From Atractiella rhizophila (Eukaryota), in the NCBI GenBank assembly GCA_021432655.1, contig MU271328.1, forward strand, positions 1 through 64,000: a DNA stretch of 64,000 nucleotides, in the 5' to 3' direction. The notes under the pieces were generated by a model. That model was not told the DNA's origin, ran no database searches, and worked only from the letters and a program-made list of their open reading frames with translations. Positions 12,801-25,999 of the stretch are shown here, one piece after another (positions within the stretch are counted from its first letter, which is position 1; each line of letters starts with the position of its first letter). Made by a program: the position numbers and the translations under genes.

Positions 12801-14703
12801 AGTGACGAAGAATGGGATTTGTGTCTGGAAGATGCAAACGCAATCAAACGAGGATCAGCAATTCGTTCTCTTTTTGTCTACATTTTGGTCTTTGGAGTTG
12901 CAAGCGAACCATTACAACTGTTTCGAAGACACTATGACAAGCTCAATGACGATTGTGCACATCTTCTGCAAACAGTTTATGGAATCGCTGCACCTTCTGA
13001 AGACCAGATCCGAGACTTATGCCTTATTGAGCTAGAGGACCTGCTACATGGTCTAGGCAAGACACTAGAGGAGTATAGGTTGCCGTTTACCTGCTCACAG
13101 GTTTGCACGATGGGGTGGAGAGACAAGAATAATTGGAGAAGAGCTGGCGTACAACATTATGGAGTTAGAGCAACGTCTTGATAGGGATCTTCCTCTTATG
13201 AATGAGGATCAACGACACACATACGATACAATCATCGAAGCCTGGCAGAATGGCACCGGAGGACTCTTCTTTCTTGATGGGCCTGGAGGAACTGGAAAGA
13301 CTTTTGTTCAGAATCTTATACTGGCAAGAGTAAGGTCATCCAAGAAGATTGTACTAGCATTAGCCTCTTCTGGGAATTGCTGCTATTCTGCTTGAAGGTG
13401 GTCGTACTGCTCATACGCGATTCAAGATTCCCCTCAATGCAGATGCACAATCAGTTTGTGGTATTTCCGCTCAAAGTGATCATGGAAGGCTATATGTCAA
13501 GGCAGAAATTATCCTGTGGGATGAAGCCATTATGAGTGATCGCCTCTCCGTCAGCTGTGTGGATCAGCTGGGACAGGACCTTAAAAAGGATTCAAGACCA
13601 TTTGGAGGAACACTTATGGTTTTCTGTGGTATGATACTTCCCTTTAAGTAGTTCTTTATTAACATACTGTTTACAGGAGATGGCAGACAGTGTCTTCCGG
13701 TAGTGCCAAATGGAAGCCGAGCTCAGATTGTGGATGCCTGCATCATTAATTCTTACTTCTGATTCTTACTTCTGGCCGAATGTTCAAGTCCTGCCTTTGA
13801 AAACCAATATGCGCCTTCTTCACGGCCAACAGGAAATGACACCAGCCGAATTTCAGCTTGCGACCCAGATTTGCCCAGTGGCTCCTTGATGTTGGAAATG
13901 GTCTCACTGATAATCCATCAGACAATGGATGTGGAGCCTTAACGATACCAGATGGGTCTATTATTCGATCCCATGAAGGACTAGATGGTCTGTTGCGCTT
14001 AATTTACGGACAACTAGGTTCTCTGCCAAATATCCCTGCTCTGAGCTTCCTTCAAGAATACTTCCGGGTTCGTATGATTCTAGCAGCAAAGAATGTGGAT
14101 GTGGATGGCATCAACGATCGCTTGATTCAGTGGCTCGAATCCACAGGAGATCGGGTATATTATAGTGCAGATCAAATTATAGGTGACGAGGGAGATCTCA
14201 GAAATCGCTTCTCTGTCGAGTACCTGAATACCCTGGAGATCTCTGGATTCCCTTCACATCGTTTACACCTCAAGATCGGTGCACCCATAATTCTTCTGCG
14301 AAATCTCAATCCATCTGCTGGCCTGTGCAATGGCACACACCTCATAGTCACTCAGCTTCTCCGGCGAGCCATCGAAGCAACCATCATTACAGGTGCACAC
14401 AGTGGCGAATCAGTTCTCATTCCTCGAATCGGCATTGACAGTGTAGTATCAAACCAGCTTCCTTTTCAATTCCGGCGCTTTCAATTCCCTGTGTGCTTAG
14501 CATTTGCCTTAACTCTGAATAAAGCGGAAGGACAATCTGTTGGACATGTGGGTTTGTACTTAGAGTCTTCTCCTTTCTCTCATGGGCAGCTTTATGTTGG
14601 TCTTTCATGGGTTTCAAATGCGAACAATTTACGAGTATTGGTCAAAACAAAGCAAGGAGAGGAAAACAAGCAAACAGATAATGTAGTTTACAAAGAAGTG
14701 TTA
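9830..14703 (+). mobile_element. Helitron Rep/PIF1-helicase pseudogene (Helitron 1)
   Basis: CCLHGKVLLP; Rep motifs FTTFTCNP, VIEFQKRGLPHSHIL, KYIFKYVYKG; helicase motifs DGPGGTGKT, LCNGT, QFPVCLAFALTLNKAEGQS, FSHGQLYVGLS and the terminal NVVYKEVL. Contains introns, stops and frameshifts. Confidence 0.95.
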
Positions 14704-15002
14704 CGGAGAAGAGGGGACTGCCAGCGGTATTTGTGTTCCTTCCACTCCGACAGGATCATGTTGTTGGAAAGGTTCTGATTCAAGTGCATATTTGAATGTT
14801 TGAACGGACCCTCCAGTCGCTTGGGTATTTTTGATATCTTCGGTTAAGAGGTCCCGGAAGTCCTTAGTGGAGACGGAGTAGTGAGTTCGTAGGTAAGATG
14901 GTAGAGGATGATGTTAGAGATGTGCTGTAAGAGGAAGATGACATATTGCAATGACAGTGGCAGCTCGGTGGATCTCTCTGACTTTAGAGCCACCTTGGTC
15001 AC

Positions 15003-15108
15003 TGTTGGAAAGAAGAGTCTCAAGACGGCCATGGACTGATTTTAAGACCTAACACGTCTTTAATCCAGCTGTAAGTGAAGGGGAAAGAGCTATCGCAAAC
15101 CTCCACAA
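15003..15108. repeat. 106-bp LTR-like insert flanked by a 5-bp direct repeat
   Basis: Begins TGTTGGA, ends TCCACAA (near-inverted termini), with GTCAC on both sides (14998-15002, 15109-15113). Confidence 0.5.
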
Positions 15109-15352
15109 GTCACTTCCACTACTCTCCGATCTATATACAAGCATGTATAGAGGAGAGCAGATGAAACATGTAAGAGAACTAAAAGGGGAAAGTGACAGTG
15201 GGATTATGTGGGGTTAATAAGAGGAGAATGGACACAATTAGGCTAAGTGGTGATGTAGGCACAAATGGGCAAACAGGCGACTGGAGACGCAGAGTCATGT
15301 AGAATGCAAATGGGCGAACAGGGGCCGATTTGCATAAGATACAAACCAGACA
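15109..15352 (-). repeat. Partial inverted LTR of the chromovirus family
   Basis: Reverse complement aligns to 20088-20332; 15109-15255 appears identical to 20186-20332. Confidence 0.88.
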
Positions 15353-18300
15353 CCGCTTTGCTGCCGACCACTGCTTTGCAACCTCGTGAAGCCAATACCC
15401 TGATGATATGGAGGTGGACGCAACAAAGTTCAGACCCCCTCATTGTCAAAGATGTCAAAAAATCTGACACAAAGAGAAGGAATGCAAGATGTCCGTGAGC
15501 AAAGAGCAGAGAATATTTTGACACTTGTCTTGTACAACAAGAACGAGGATCTACACACATTGCCGACCAGTCGCTGAAAACGAGCTTGACAGATCTGGAT
15601 GAGGATTTTTGAGACGGCAATGTGTGAAGGAGTGTCCCCATCGCCGACTCACAATTCATTTTCGTCAACTAAAATCACTTCCAACAAAGTGTCGCTTTGC
15701 GCAGATTTCCCTTCTCCTGAACATGACCCCCATTTCCAAAGTTGCATTTTCCCTCTTGGAGACAAAGATGTGCAGATGTTGCCAAAATTTATGACAAAGC
15801 TGATGGGCCACGGGAGCACTTGCGCCTCCTCCTTCCATCACGTTTGGTGTGTATTAAGGCTTTCTTTCATTTTTGCTCGCGCTTTCTTATTATTCAGCCT
15901 TCTTTGCTACAAGAAGAATTGCCCTGCAAGTGCGAGACCCACTGCTTGTTTCGGTCTCGCACCTTGCAGTCCAATACGTCGCCACACACTCTTAATCTCA
16001 TCACCCCCTCATGTTCAACAACCGTATCCCTTGTCAGCTCAAAACGAAACTCAGAACTGCGTTTCATCATCCACATTCCCATCATTGACATTGCCACATC
16101 GGCACTTGTTGACAGCAGGGGAACCACTTCCTTTATTTCCCAAAACATTTCTGCATAAAACCTACCCATCACTCAACTCCCTTCCTCAGTGCCTGTTTAC
16201 AATATCGACAGATTCTCAATGAGGGAGGTTCCATCTATTCTGTCGCTTATTTACCCATTTCTACAGTGCTCATCACGAAGTTTGGCAATTTGTGGTGGCA
16301 GAGTTGGGGACGGTTGAGATGATTCTGGGTCAAGATTGGTTAAGATACCACAACCCAAAGATTAACTGGGTGTTAGGGAAAGTTGAGTTCTCTTGCTGCA
16401 CCACCAGTTGCAACGTGGTTGATGTGTCTACTACACGCAAACAATTTCCATCATTGTCTGCTTCAATACGAGTTGCCATGATGAAATCGCAGAAACTAGC
16501 AAAAGACGCAGCGGCGATGGGACTAAAAAATGTTGTCGAAATACCAGCACAAATCACTGACTTTGCAGACATTTTTGACAACGAAAAATTCAAAACTTCA
16601 CTTCCTCTCCGGTGACCTTGGGACCATGCCATCAGCCTCAAACCAGAAGCTCGACCACATACTGGTCCTGTCTACCCTTGAAGAGAGATGAATGAGCAGT
16701 GCTTGACCAATTCATCGATGTGGAACTGAGCACCGGTCGTATACGTCCCAGCACAGGAGCTCACGGCACTTCCATTTTTTTTATGCACAAAGAGGACTCA
16801 CCTGAACTTCATCCCTTTTTGACTATCACAAGTTGAATGAAGCCACAGCCAAAGACAAAACATCACTCCCCATCCAAGCTGACCTCTTGTCCATGGTCTT
16901 TGCTGAGAAATTCCCCAGCAAGATTGACCTGAGGAAAGGTTTCAACAATTTGCACATCAAAGATTGAGCAAACATAATCACACAAATTGTGGACCTTTCT
17001 GACTGTTGTTAACGTATTTTGGACTCTGCAACTCACCAGCGACTTCTCAGGCATTCCTGAACTCTATTTTCGCCCAGTGATCGCTGCTGTGTTTATCTTC
17101 ATATACATTGCCGATATCCCGATTGTGACAGAGACTGAAGAGGAACACTGGGAACGTATTCAACAAGTTTGTCAAATTTCACGCAAAAAGGACGTTATGC
17201 AAATTTGCCGAAATGTGTTTGGTGTCAAGATAAGGTGGAATATCTAGGTTTGATCATTTCCAGCAGAGGGATCAAACCAGATCCAGTACAAGTCACAGAA
17301 GTGATGGATTGGCCAGAACCGAAAAACATGAAGGAAGTCCAAATGTTCCTCGGTTTCACTAATTTCTATCGCCGTTTTGCAACAGATTCGGTCACATCGC
17401 ACGACCCTTATATGAACTGATAAAAATGGAGGTTTCCTGGGTCTGGGGGTAGATCAGCAACGTTCGTTCGCCACTTTGAAACAGCTCATGACTTCGACGC
17501 CCGTTTTGGCACATCCCAAACAAATAGGACGATTTTTGCTTGAAGTTGACGTGTCAAATTTCGCGACAGGCGCTGTTTTGTCGCAAATGAAGTCAGATGA
17601 CAAGTTTCACCGTCTCGGTTTCATGTCAAAATCGCTCAATGCTGCCCAGAGAAACTATGACACATATGACAAAGAAATGCTCGTGATTATGCGTGGGCTG
17701 CAAGAATGGAGACATCTTCTTCAGGGTACCGATGAGCCATTTCTGATCTTCACCAATCACAAAAATCTTGAGTTTTTCAGAATGCCACAAAAGTTGAATC
17801 GGCGACAAGCGGGCTGGATCACTGAACTTGCATCTTTCAACTTCGCTCTTTTACACCGTCCTGGACGAAACTCCGCAAAACCAGATGCGCTCAGTCGGCG
17901 ACCGGATCACAAACCGGTGACTTGCGACAACTTCGATGTAGTATTACTCCCAGAACGTTTTTTCAACACGGATCGTATCACCATTAACACGACTGGGAGC
18001 GCGGTTGCGCTCACAAGACAAATGTCGGAGTTGAGCATACTGGAGCACGTGAAAAAGATGCCTGAACGGGAAGAACAGGTGCTCAAAGCCTTGAGAGAGA
18101 TCCTGGATGAACCAGTCTACTCCATTCACCGACGGGAATGGCAAGAAGTCGACGGTGCTGTTTATTTTCGCGGAAAACTGTACATTCCCCGATTGATTTT
18201 GTAAGACCTCCACGATTTGCAAATCACCAGTTATCCAGGTGTAAAATCGACGACAGCTCTCGTAAAAAGGTACTACTCGTGGCCAAGTTTGGCGCATTAC

Positions 18301-19549
18301 GTCCGCCGCTATGTCAGTGCCTGTCACACTTGTCACAGAACAAAAAACTTTCCTTCCCCGCCTGTCGGGTTTTTTGGAACCAAATGATATTCCCACACGT
18401 CGTTGGCAAATCGTCAGCATGGACTTGGTCGGACCACTCCCAGAATCTAGAGGGTTTGACATGATTTTTGTCATAGTCGACAGACTCTCAAAACGTACCC
18501 ATCTCATACCTACCCATTCGATGATGGATGCGGAAGGCCTTGCAAGACTTTTTCGCGATCACTTATGGAAGTTACATGGACTTTTCGATGTCGCAATTTT
18601 CGATCACGGAAAAGAGTTTGTGTCCAAATTCACATCGGCACTTTTTCGCCTTTTAGGCATCAAAGGTTCACCATCGACAGCCTACCACCCACAAAGCGAT
18701 GGCCAGACTGAACATATGAACCAGGAAGTTGAACAATATTTGCGCATTTTCTGCAACCACCTTCATGATAATTGGGTGGAAGGACTTCCCAACGCAGAAT
18801 TTGTGCTCAACAATCATGTCAGTCTGGCGACAGGCGTAACTCCATTTTCACTCGATTGCGGTCAACATCCCTGCATGGCTTTTGAACCCATCTCCGATGA
18901 GGACGGCCCGCAGCGGCGCAATTCGTCGAAAAGATGCAATCGCCGACCGGGAAGCACAAGCGGCACTCGAACAAGCAGCTGATCTTATGGCAAAACATTA
19001 TGACAAAACGTGCACCAGCGCCCGAATATCACGTCGGCGATTTCGTCTGGTTGAGCATGAAAAACATCAAATCGACGAGACCTGTCAAAAAGTTGGACAA
19101 ATGGCATAGCCCATTTCGCGTTTTACAAGTGTTGGGTCCCCTCAACCTTAAACTCGAGTTGCAATCCTCATGGAAGATACATCCAGTGTTCCATGTAGGT
19201 CTAATACGAAAAGTCAACGAAGACGACATTCTTGGCAGAGTCCAGTTGCCCAAACCATCTCCGGAATTGGCAAATGGAATTGAAGAATGGGAAGTAGAAA
19301 AAATTGTTGATGGAAATTGGTTCAGTACCCGAAATAGAGTTTTCAAATATTGTGTTCGATACAAAGGGTATTCACCATCTGAAGACGAGTGGATCAGCAT
19401 CCAAGATCTAGAAAATTTGCAGGATGCTATAAAAGACTATCACACTGCACATCCTCTTGCAGTCTGTCCCGATTCCATACCAAACTCCGCCAAAAATCGC
19501 CCAAATGCGCTTTTTCATAACCTTCGACGAAAACGCGCTGAAGGGTCTT

Positions 19550-19678
19550 CCTCACTTTAAGGGGTCCAACACCCCTATATGCCTTGCCGGGTGAAATCCT
19601 AGTCTTTGATACTTAGGTCAAGGCAAGGCGCCGACTTGCTCCTCAACGGGCAGGTCGGCGACTTGGTCGTTGGTGAGT
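19550..19678 (+). ncRNA. Putative structured cis-RNA element, copy 1 (retrotransposon 3' UTR)
   Basis: Helices AGGGGT/ACCCCT, GCCTTGCC/GGCAAGGC and GCCGACTTGCTC/GGGCAGGTCGGC (loop CTCAAC), all with compensatory changes in copy 2. Confidence 0.65.
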
Positions 19679-19734
19679 CCATTCATCGCCTGTCAGAGAC
19701 AAATGCTCATTGCGTTCTCGTGAGGTCCCCTCCC

Positions 19735-19867
19735 CCTCACTTTAAGAGGACCTACTCCTCTGCACGCCTCGCTGGGTGAATCCCTAGTCACATTGTTGAA
19801 CATAGGTCTAGGCGAGGCGCTGGTCTGTTCCTCAACGGACAGATTGGCGACCGGTTTGTTGGTGAGT
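19735..19867 (+). ncRNA. Putative structured cis-RNA element, copy 2
   Basis: Helices AGAGGA/TCCTCT, GCCTCGCT/GGCGAGGC and GCTGGTCTGTTC/GGACAGATTGGC (loop CTCAAC). Confidence 0.65.
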
Positions 19868-20087
19868 TGTCGAACCGTTTTCACAGGATGGACACTGATT
19901 ACACAAAAACAACACCTGGTCAACTTCGAAAAAATTCCTCAAATTGCGAAGTACATAATGTCTCTTTACTCCGACGATTTCATCTCCTTTCAAGCGGCGC
20001 CTTGCACTTTGAGCATTTTGGCAAATAGGCAAACCTCACGAAGCAGAAGTTTCTGCCTGTAGCAAGCACCACAGAAACTGGGGGTGT

Positions 20088-20459
20088 TGTTCAGGTTTAC
20101 ATCTTACACAAGTCGGCGCCCGTTCGCCAGTTTGCATTCTACACAACTCTGCGTCTCCTGTCGCCCGTTCGCCCATTTGCGCCTGCATCACCACTTAGCC
20201 TAATTGTGTCCATTCTCCTCTTATTAACCCCACATAATCCCACTGTCACTTTCCCCTTTTAGTTCTCTTACATGTTTCATCTGCTCTCCTCTATACATGC
20301 TTGTATATAGATCGGAGAGTAGTGGAAGTGACCTTAGAGTATTCTCTTAGGTTCATCTCCACTACACATTAGTCTTCTCATGTCATATCATGCTCTTAGG
20401 TTTATCTCCACTACAGACGCATTGCCCATCGGCGACCGTACATAGTGTCAGCCCTAACA
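20088..20459 (+). repeat. 3' LTR of the chromovirus
   Basis: TGTTCAGG...CCCTAACA termini, preceded by AGAAACTGGGGGTGT, and similar to the solo LTR at 2006-2411. Confidence 0.9.
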
Positions 20460-23265
20460 CATGTGTCCTTGGTACAGTAACTTCATCTGTTTTCGAACAT
20501 CGAGTTGTACATTTCTGTACTTTTCGTAAATCGGCAAACCTCACCCTGGCTGGGGCCTGTTCACCTATCTGGACTCCCATCAACGTTTGTGCAAGTTGAC
20601 ACCTGATCGCCCCGTCACTGTTGCTTCCCCTTTTGGTTCTGTTACGGATTTCATATATGTATACACATAATTTTTTGCAAAGCAGCTTTTTTCCTAAATA
20701 TCAAGCAGCATGAAGTCTGGCCTGAGGCTAGTCATGGACCTGAAATTGGGATTTGAGATTATGTTCTGGACATTTAGTCTATCCTTAGGAGATGAGGACC
20801 TGAAACAATTTTATCTTCTTAGATTCAAACAAACGCTTATCTGGAGATGGGGTGTTCTCGAAAGGGACTTCGGGTCGTGAGCTACTGGAATCCCGATATC
20901 AGGGTAATAGATGTTAGTAGCACTGCCACAATTACGCTGTTTTCGGCAATATCCAAATGCACTCTGATTGATTTAGTTTAACAAAGTACAACAGCTTTCT
21001 TGATGACCTCAGGAGCCGACTTCAATTCATTTGAGAGCAGACAAGAGCAAACAAATCAGAGTCGCTTCAATCCTTGTTGCCTTGGGTAAAATGATACTTA
21101 GCATGCCTATAAAAGGCGTTCAGTGCCATTTTCTTCTTTTCAGAGGAGAAAACATCAGACGCTATACTTGAAGATGTCAAAGAAAGCAGCCCGAATTACT
21201 GTTCGTACTAGAGCACAAACCTGGAGAACGTCAGAGCCATCTGATCGACAAGGTGTGCCTTCATATATTTTCAAGTTGTTTGTTTGATGGGATTTGTAGC
21301 TCCTGTGGATCAGTCTACTGAAGGAGAAGAGCAGCAAAATCCACCAGAGCCGGTCTCTATCGTCCCCTCGATAAGAACTCACAGCCAAGCCCGTGGTATG
21401 TAGTTCTAGATAATTATGTCGACTTGCTAATCCAGCATACAGAGGCATCTATGAGTTCTCGAGCTAGTCAGACGAGCCAAGTATCATCCCACCCTGCCAT
21501 CAAAAGAGCAAGAACGAACCCAGTGTCCAACACGTATCCTCCTGAGCACCCTTCAAGCTCTTGCACTCACCGATCTCAAATTCAGTCTCAGTTATTGTCG
21601 GGCTTCTCATGCTCGCAGACCGAACATCATCCGCTCTGAGCCTGTCCGAGGGAGGTTGGATAACATCCCTTCTAAGTCGATTTCTGGATTATAAAAGACT
21701 GCATTCACTTTCAACCATGGTGAGCATCTTAGATTTAATTAGCAGGAAGTCTTATAGGTTTATAGAGGTTATTGATACCGATGCTTGGTTAGAGTATTTA
21801 GAACAAGAAGAAGCGGATAGATTGATTGATACTGAGCCTCCTACCAGACGCGGTATGCACATTGCCCAAACGTCCTGTGGATGTTGACAGAAGAGTTTTT
21901 ATATGACAGACCTGTCTGTAGGCAGCCGATCTGCTTATTCAGTGATGAGTACCTCCACAAACTCGTCGCTGAGATGGTCTTCTAGAAAGAATGGAGGGAA
22001 TGCACCTCAACGAGACGGCCAGTACACTTAACAAATGATGGTCAGTTTCTGCAACTTATTCGTTATTAGTATCACACGAAGGCACCCAAGAGGTTAGCTC
22101 GTGTACATATTACCCTGTTCCAAGATTTTATGTACCGCTCTAACGGTAATTTCAGCAAGTGATAAAGGCAAACACGTTGAAAGGCTGAAGGAGGGTACGC
22201 AGTTTCAAGTCCTTTGTATTTCTCTGCAGACTACTGGACAGACATAAAGCCCATTTCACCACATGGCGAAGCAGATGGATCAATTTCCAGGTCTGCCCAT
22301 AGTTCAAGTGCTATCATTCAAGGTTGGACTTATTTGGTTTGCTGAAATCCTTGCTGATACATTTTTTCCTTTTTGTTTTTGTCCAGAAATGCAAGCATTG
22401 ACACATGACATTCCAGCAGAAGGTACCCCTGGTTTCGAATTGGTGGACCTTCACTCACATTGGGCTCAGTATCATATATTTCAATGGATTCTGGATTCCT
22501 GCCCCTTCGTTCACCTCTGCCACTGGTTCTAGCAATATTTTGTTTGCGCTGGGTTTGTTTCTTCAAGTTTGATTATCAGCCTTATCCATACTATCCTCCC
22601 AATCAGTTCTGCTGTCACAAATTTGTCTCTCTATTTAATCTCACCCACACCACTGACACCTAATTGAACGAGCAATGATTCGTCAGTGTAAGACATTCAA
22701 TGTGGACTACATGAAGGTTCCTCTACAATGCATTGAAAACTGAATGTTTGGATCTCAACTTAAGACGCACTTAGGTGCTGCCAGAAAAGACAGCAGGAGC
22801 AGACTAACATATGTAGTTCATGACAGAAGGAAAATATTGTCAAATGAGGGTTGACGTGACCCAGCACTTTCTAGCTCAGTGTGGGAAAGAAGGACTGCCT
22901 GGTCGAGAAGGTTTGCAATGCTTGTCGGCATTGCCTGTTAGCTGTTGCATGAACGGGTCATTGTGCTTGTAAGCTACTCATATGACCGTAGCAAAGCTGA
23001 ACGATTTTGAACTGTGCATGTGGTGAGGATACATCTGAATTCGCCTCAGCTATCACCATCTTAAAAAAGGCCATGCTGTCGAGACCCATATGACCCCAGT
23101 TTAACATTAATCATGGCATCCTTTCTTTATAATGATATCATTGAATGTCATACGTAACGATAGAACAAGTAAAGGAGCGTGAAACGAAGGAAAATCAGGC
23201 AATCGAAGGAGAGAAATAACTTTATCCTATTCATAACTCCCCTGTATCCTCCTCGCCAACGTCAC

Positions 23266-24323
23266 CTAGAAGCTAAGATCAAAATTGGGATCTAGCCCCG
23301 CATTTAGTCGAATACAAATGGGGAGAGGCAGTCTGTTATAGAAAACAAGATCAAAAATGTAGAATGGAGGCTTCATGGCATTCTTCTTCTGAGCGTGTGT
23401 AGCAATTCGGAAGAAGAGGGAGAGCATGAAATCTTGACTTTGCTTTCTCAGCATGTCAATCTCGGGGAAGTACGCGAAGTGCTGGGTTTCTTCCTCGACT
23501 GCCTCGAGTCTTCTCATATTTCAGGGCATCTAAGCGCATTTCATCAAACAACCAAATAAAGTGATCCCATAAGACCGAGCGAAAAGGTTTGGTCTTGATC
23601 TCATAACCTCTCTCCGGACCAAGATCCTCGTCATCAAAGGTGAGATCATAATTTCCCACCAAGTCGTACAACCAGTCTGGAAGTCCACAACCTTCAGCAA
23701 AGTCCTTTCGATGTTTCGCGAGCTATGCCAAGTTGAAAGCGCCCCGACACCTCAGCTTAGAACAGATGCAGCTAGCAGAAGTGAACGAACCGGTTCCTTC
23801 GTTTTCGTATTGTGTCAGCAGCCACGTCAGCAGCAATACTTCCAGCTGCTGCTTGCTCCTTGAAAAACATACGTATAAGACGTGTATGCACAAATGAATG
23901 ATAGGCTGCAAGGAGAAAGCTGTCATTTCCAAGAAGGTCTCTGTTGGGAGCTAAAGCGAAGAAAGCATTCCCAGCAACAAGCGCTTTCATGATTGTGAGG
24001 AAAATGAAGCGATGAGCAGAGTTATGCACCGAGAAAGGCTGTTCTCTGTGATTGGGATTGAACTTCCGAAATCCAAACTGAGACAGAGTATCCTTGACAA
24101 AGGCAAAAGCACTGTCAGGAATCTTCACCAATGCTGGTAGAACTGTTTTGTCTCGAAATGGAGGGTCAATACGAAGTTCTGACAGGGTTCGAAAGGCGAC
24201 ATTCTCTGGGGAGATTCTGGCATTTCGTTGTCCTCTTGCTACTACTGAAAATATATCCTCTACAGTGGAAACATTTTCGCTAAAGGAGTGCCATTTGTCT
24301 GGATTGACCTCTTGGAAGACCAT
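23266..24323 (-). pseudogene. Hypothetical protein remnant, probably a CACTA accessory ORF
   Basis: Run of protein-like co-oriented ORF pieces (e.g. HNSAHRFIF...AAYHSFVH...RKRRNR) downstream of the Transposase_21 remnant. The family link is inference. Confidence 0.45.
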
Positions 24324-24559
24324 ATCACCACAAGGAAGGCCGCCTAGGACATGAATGGTGACGTCGAGAGGGTGCTACAGGTAGATCAAGCTACTACAGT
24401 ACCTCCTGTGACCCAAGCTTGGGCACACCAAATACCTTTTCCAGAAGCCGGTTTGTCCTGTACATACTTGGTGTTTACTTTGACAACTTATGGTAGCATT
24501 TTAGATGCAACATATACAACGCCCTCTCATCTCCTTTAATCTAAAGAGGTCCAAGACAA

Positions 24560-25000
24560 ATTATGGTTCTCCAATCCCTATACACCATTTGCAAACCAGC
24601 TAGAGTTCGAGCTAAGTTACTTTGTTCATGAAATCGGGCATAGTAAAGAGAATACCAAACGGCTTCTTCAATTATTCGACCTTGTCCCCAATTTCGTGTC
24701 TCCTTTCGTCAACAGAGAGCAAATCTATCAAAAAATTTCGTCAACTGCAGCTCCTCCTATCCCATGGTATTAAACATCCATCTCAATCGAGAAGCTTCCC
24801 ACTGCCCCAAAGGTCCATCCTTCATGGAAGAAAGACTTGGACTTTCACTTCCATGATGTTATCGACATTGTTCAAGCTTTGTACGGAAACCCCGCGTTCG
24901 AGATTGATATGGCCCACGTCCCAGTAATTGAGCTGGATCATAATGGGAACCGGATTTTTCAGAACCGTTCTCTGGAACATGGTGGTAGGAAAAACAAGTA
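24560..25000 (+). pseudogene. Plavaka-like transposase N-terminal fragment
   Basis: Hand translation gives PYTPFANQLEFELSYF ... LYGNPAFEIDMAHVP ... NRIF/SEPFSGTWW*EKQ followed by a GTAAGT donor. This resembles the Plavaka GNPxF and RxYSExxTGxWWxxxQ blocks. Confidence 0.6.
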
Positions 25001-25999
25001 AGTCTGCCGCTTGACCTGAAATCGAAGACTGATAGGCAGTTGGTGACTTCCGTCATTTGTGCAAGTAGCATCATCCGACCATGTTTGCTGATCCCCCGCT
25101 TTGAAAGGGAGACTCCAGTAGGTTCACATCGTTGTGATGCACTTGACTACTTCAACAAGGTCTTTTTGGATGTCACCACTGATGTTCATATGTTTTCAAC
25201 CGTGTTTTGAGATGTAACAATGTCTGTTCAGGTATGAAAAGAATAGCAATTCTCTTTGCTTCAAATTGTGAAATATATATTTTCAAGAAAGAAGTACAAG
25301 TACATTGTTCATTCCTTAGCTGAACTACCCTGGAGTATTACATACTAGTATGTAGCACTTCTCACAATACCATCACTTTGAATAGGCGAGAGAAACTTCC
25401 CTTCATATCTCCATCCCCAATCCCTCCACCCACCCTCTTCCCTGAAAATCTCATCACAATCACGACGCGCAACATTCGCTCCGGAGCCAGATTTTTCGGC
25501 TCCGGACATTATTTCCGCCACTGGAAATTGTTCGAGTCCAGCGACTTTGTCAGGACCTTGTCGCTGCGCTGATGAGCATGAGGCTAGCCCTACGAGGTAT
25601 GGCACTAGCCCATGTAGGGTAGGCTCGGACGATGGTTGGTGGAGCAGAGAACTGGTTCAGGATTGAGGGACAGGAGGAATTTGGTGAGTACATCATTATA
25701 TTACACCTCCACTCCACTGTTACCTTACTTTTTTGAGCAGTTCCTCACCCTTGTGTGTCCGCATTTCCGAATCCTACCGCACTGAATTGCACCTCATATC
25801 TCTCGCTGGTTTTGATGGCTACATGTAACTTCACACACAATGTTGGATTCCACAACTCATCGAGATGCCAAGCGTCGTCCTATTCCTTGAATTCCCTAGT
25901 TTCTTCAAAATCCCTTCCGGCTCACAAAGTATGTTGAGGAGTCCTTCGCGCCACGAGAATGCAGCTGCTCCTGTATTCCATCGCCTGCATGTGCCCATC

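Larger units (their letters stand above)
15353..20459 (+). mobile_element. Degenerate chromovirus (Ty3/Gypsy with chromodomain), 3' LTR present, cognate 5' LTR absent
   Basis: Protease ALVDSRGTTSFI and ILGQDWLRYHNPKINW; RT remnant; RNase H EVDVSNFATGAVLSQ and NYDTYDKEML; integrase SMDLVGPLP, TAYHPQSDGQTE, IHPVFHV; chromodomain EEWEVEKIV...YCVRYKGYSPSEDEW. A purine-rich tract precedes the LTR. Confidence 0.95.

Noticed and set aside
13749..13774. 13-bp tandem duplication in Helitron 1 (and an 18-bp one near 41441-41476)
   Set aside because: Ordinary slippage in decaying sequence with no further structure.
15109..20459. DIRS-like element with inverted terminal repeats
   Set aside because: The interior encodes a DDE integrase and chromodomain, not a tyrosine recombinase. 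The inverted copy is an ordinary partial LTR.
21100..23200. Possible KDZ or other transposase remnants
   Set aside because: Only short protein-like pieces with no motif I can support.
25565..25630. Hammerhead ribozyme from CTGATGA
   Set aside because: No stem II followed by GAAA and no matching stems I/III. The other CTGATGA hits I checked also fail.
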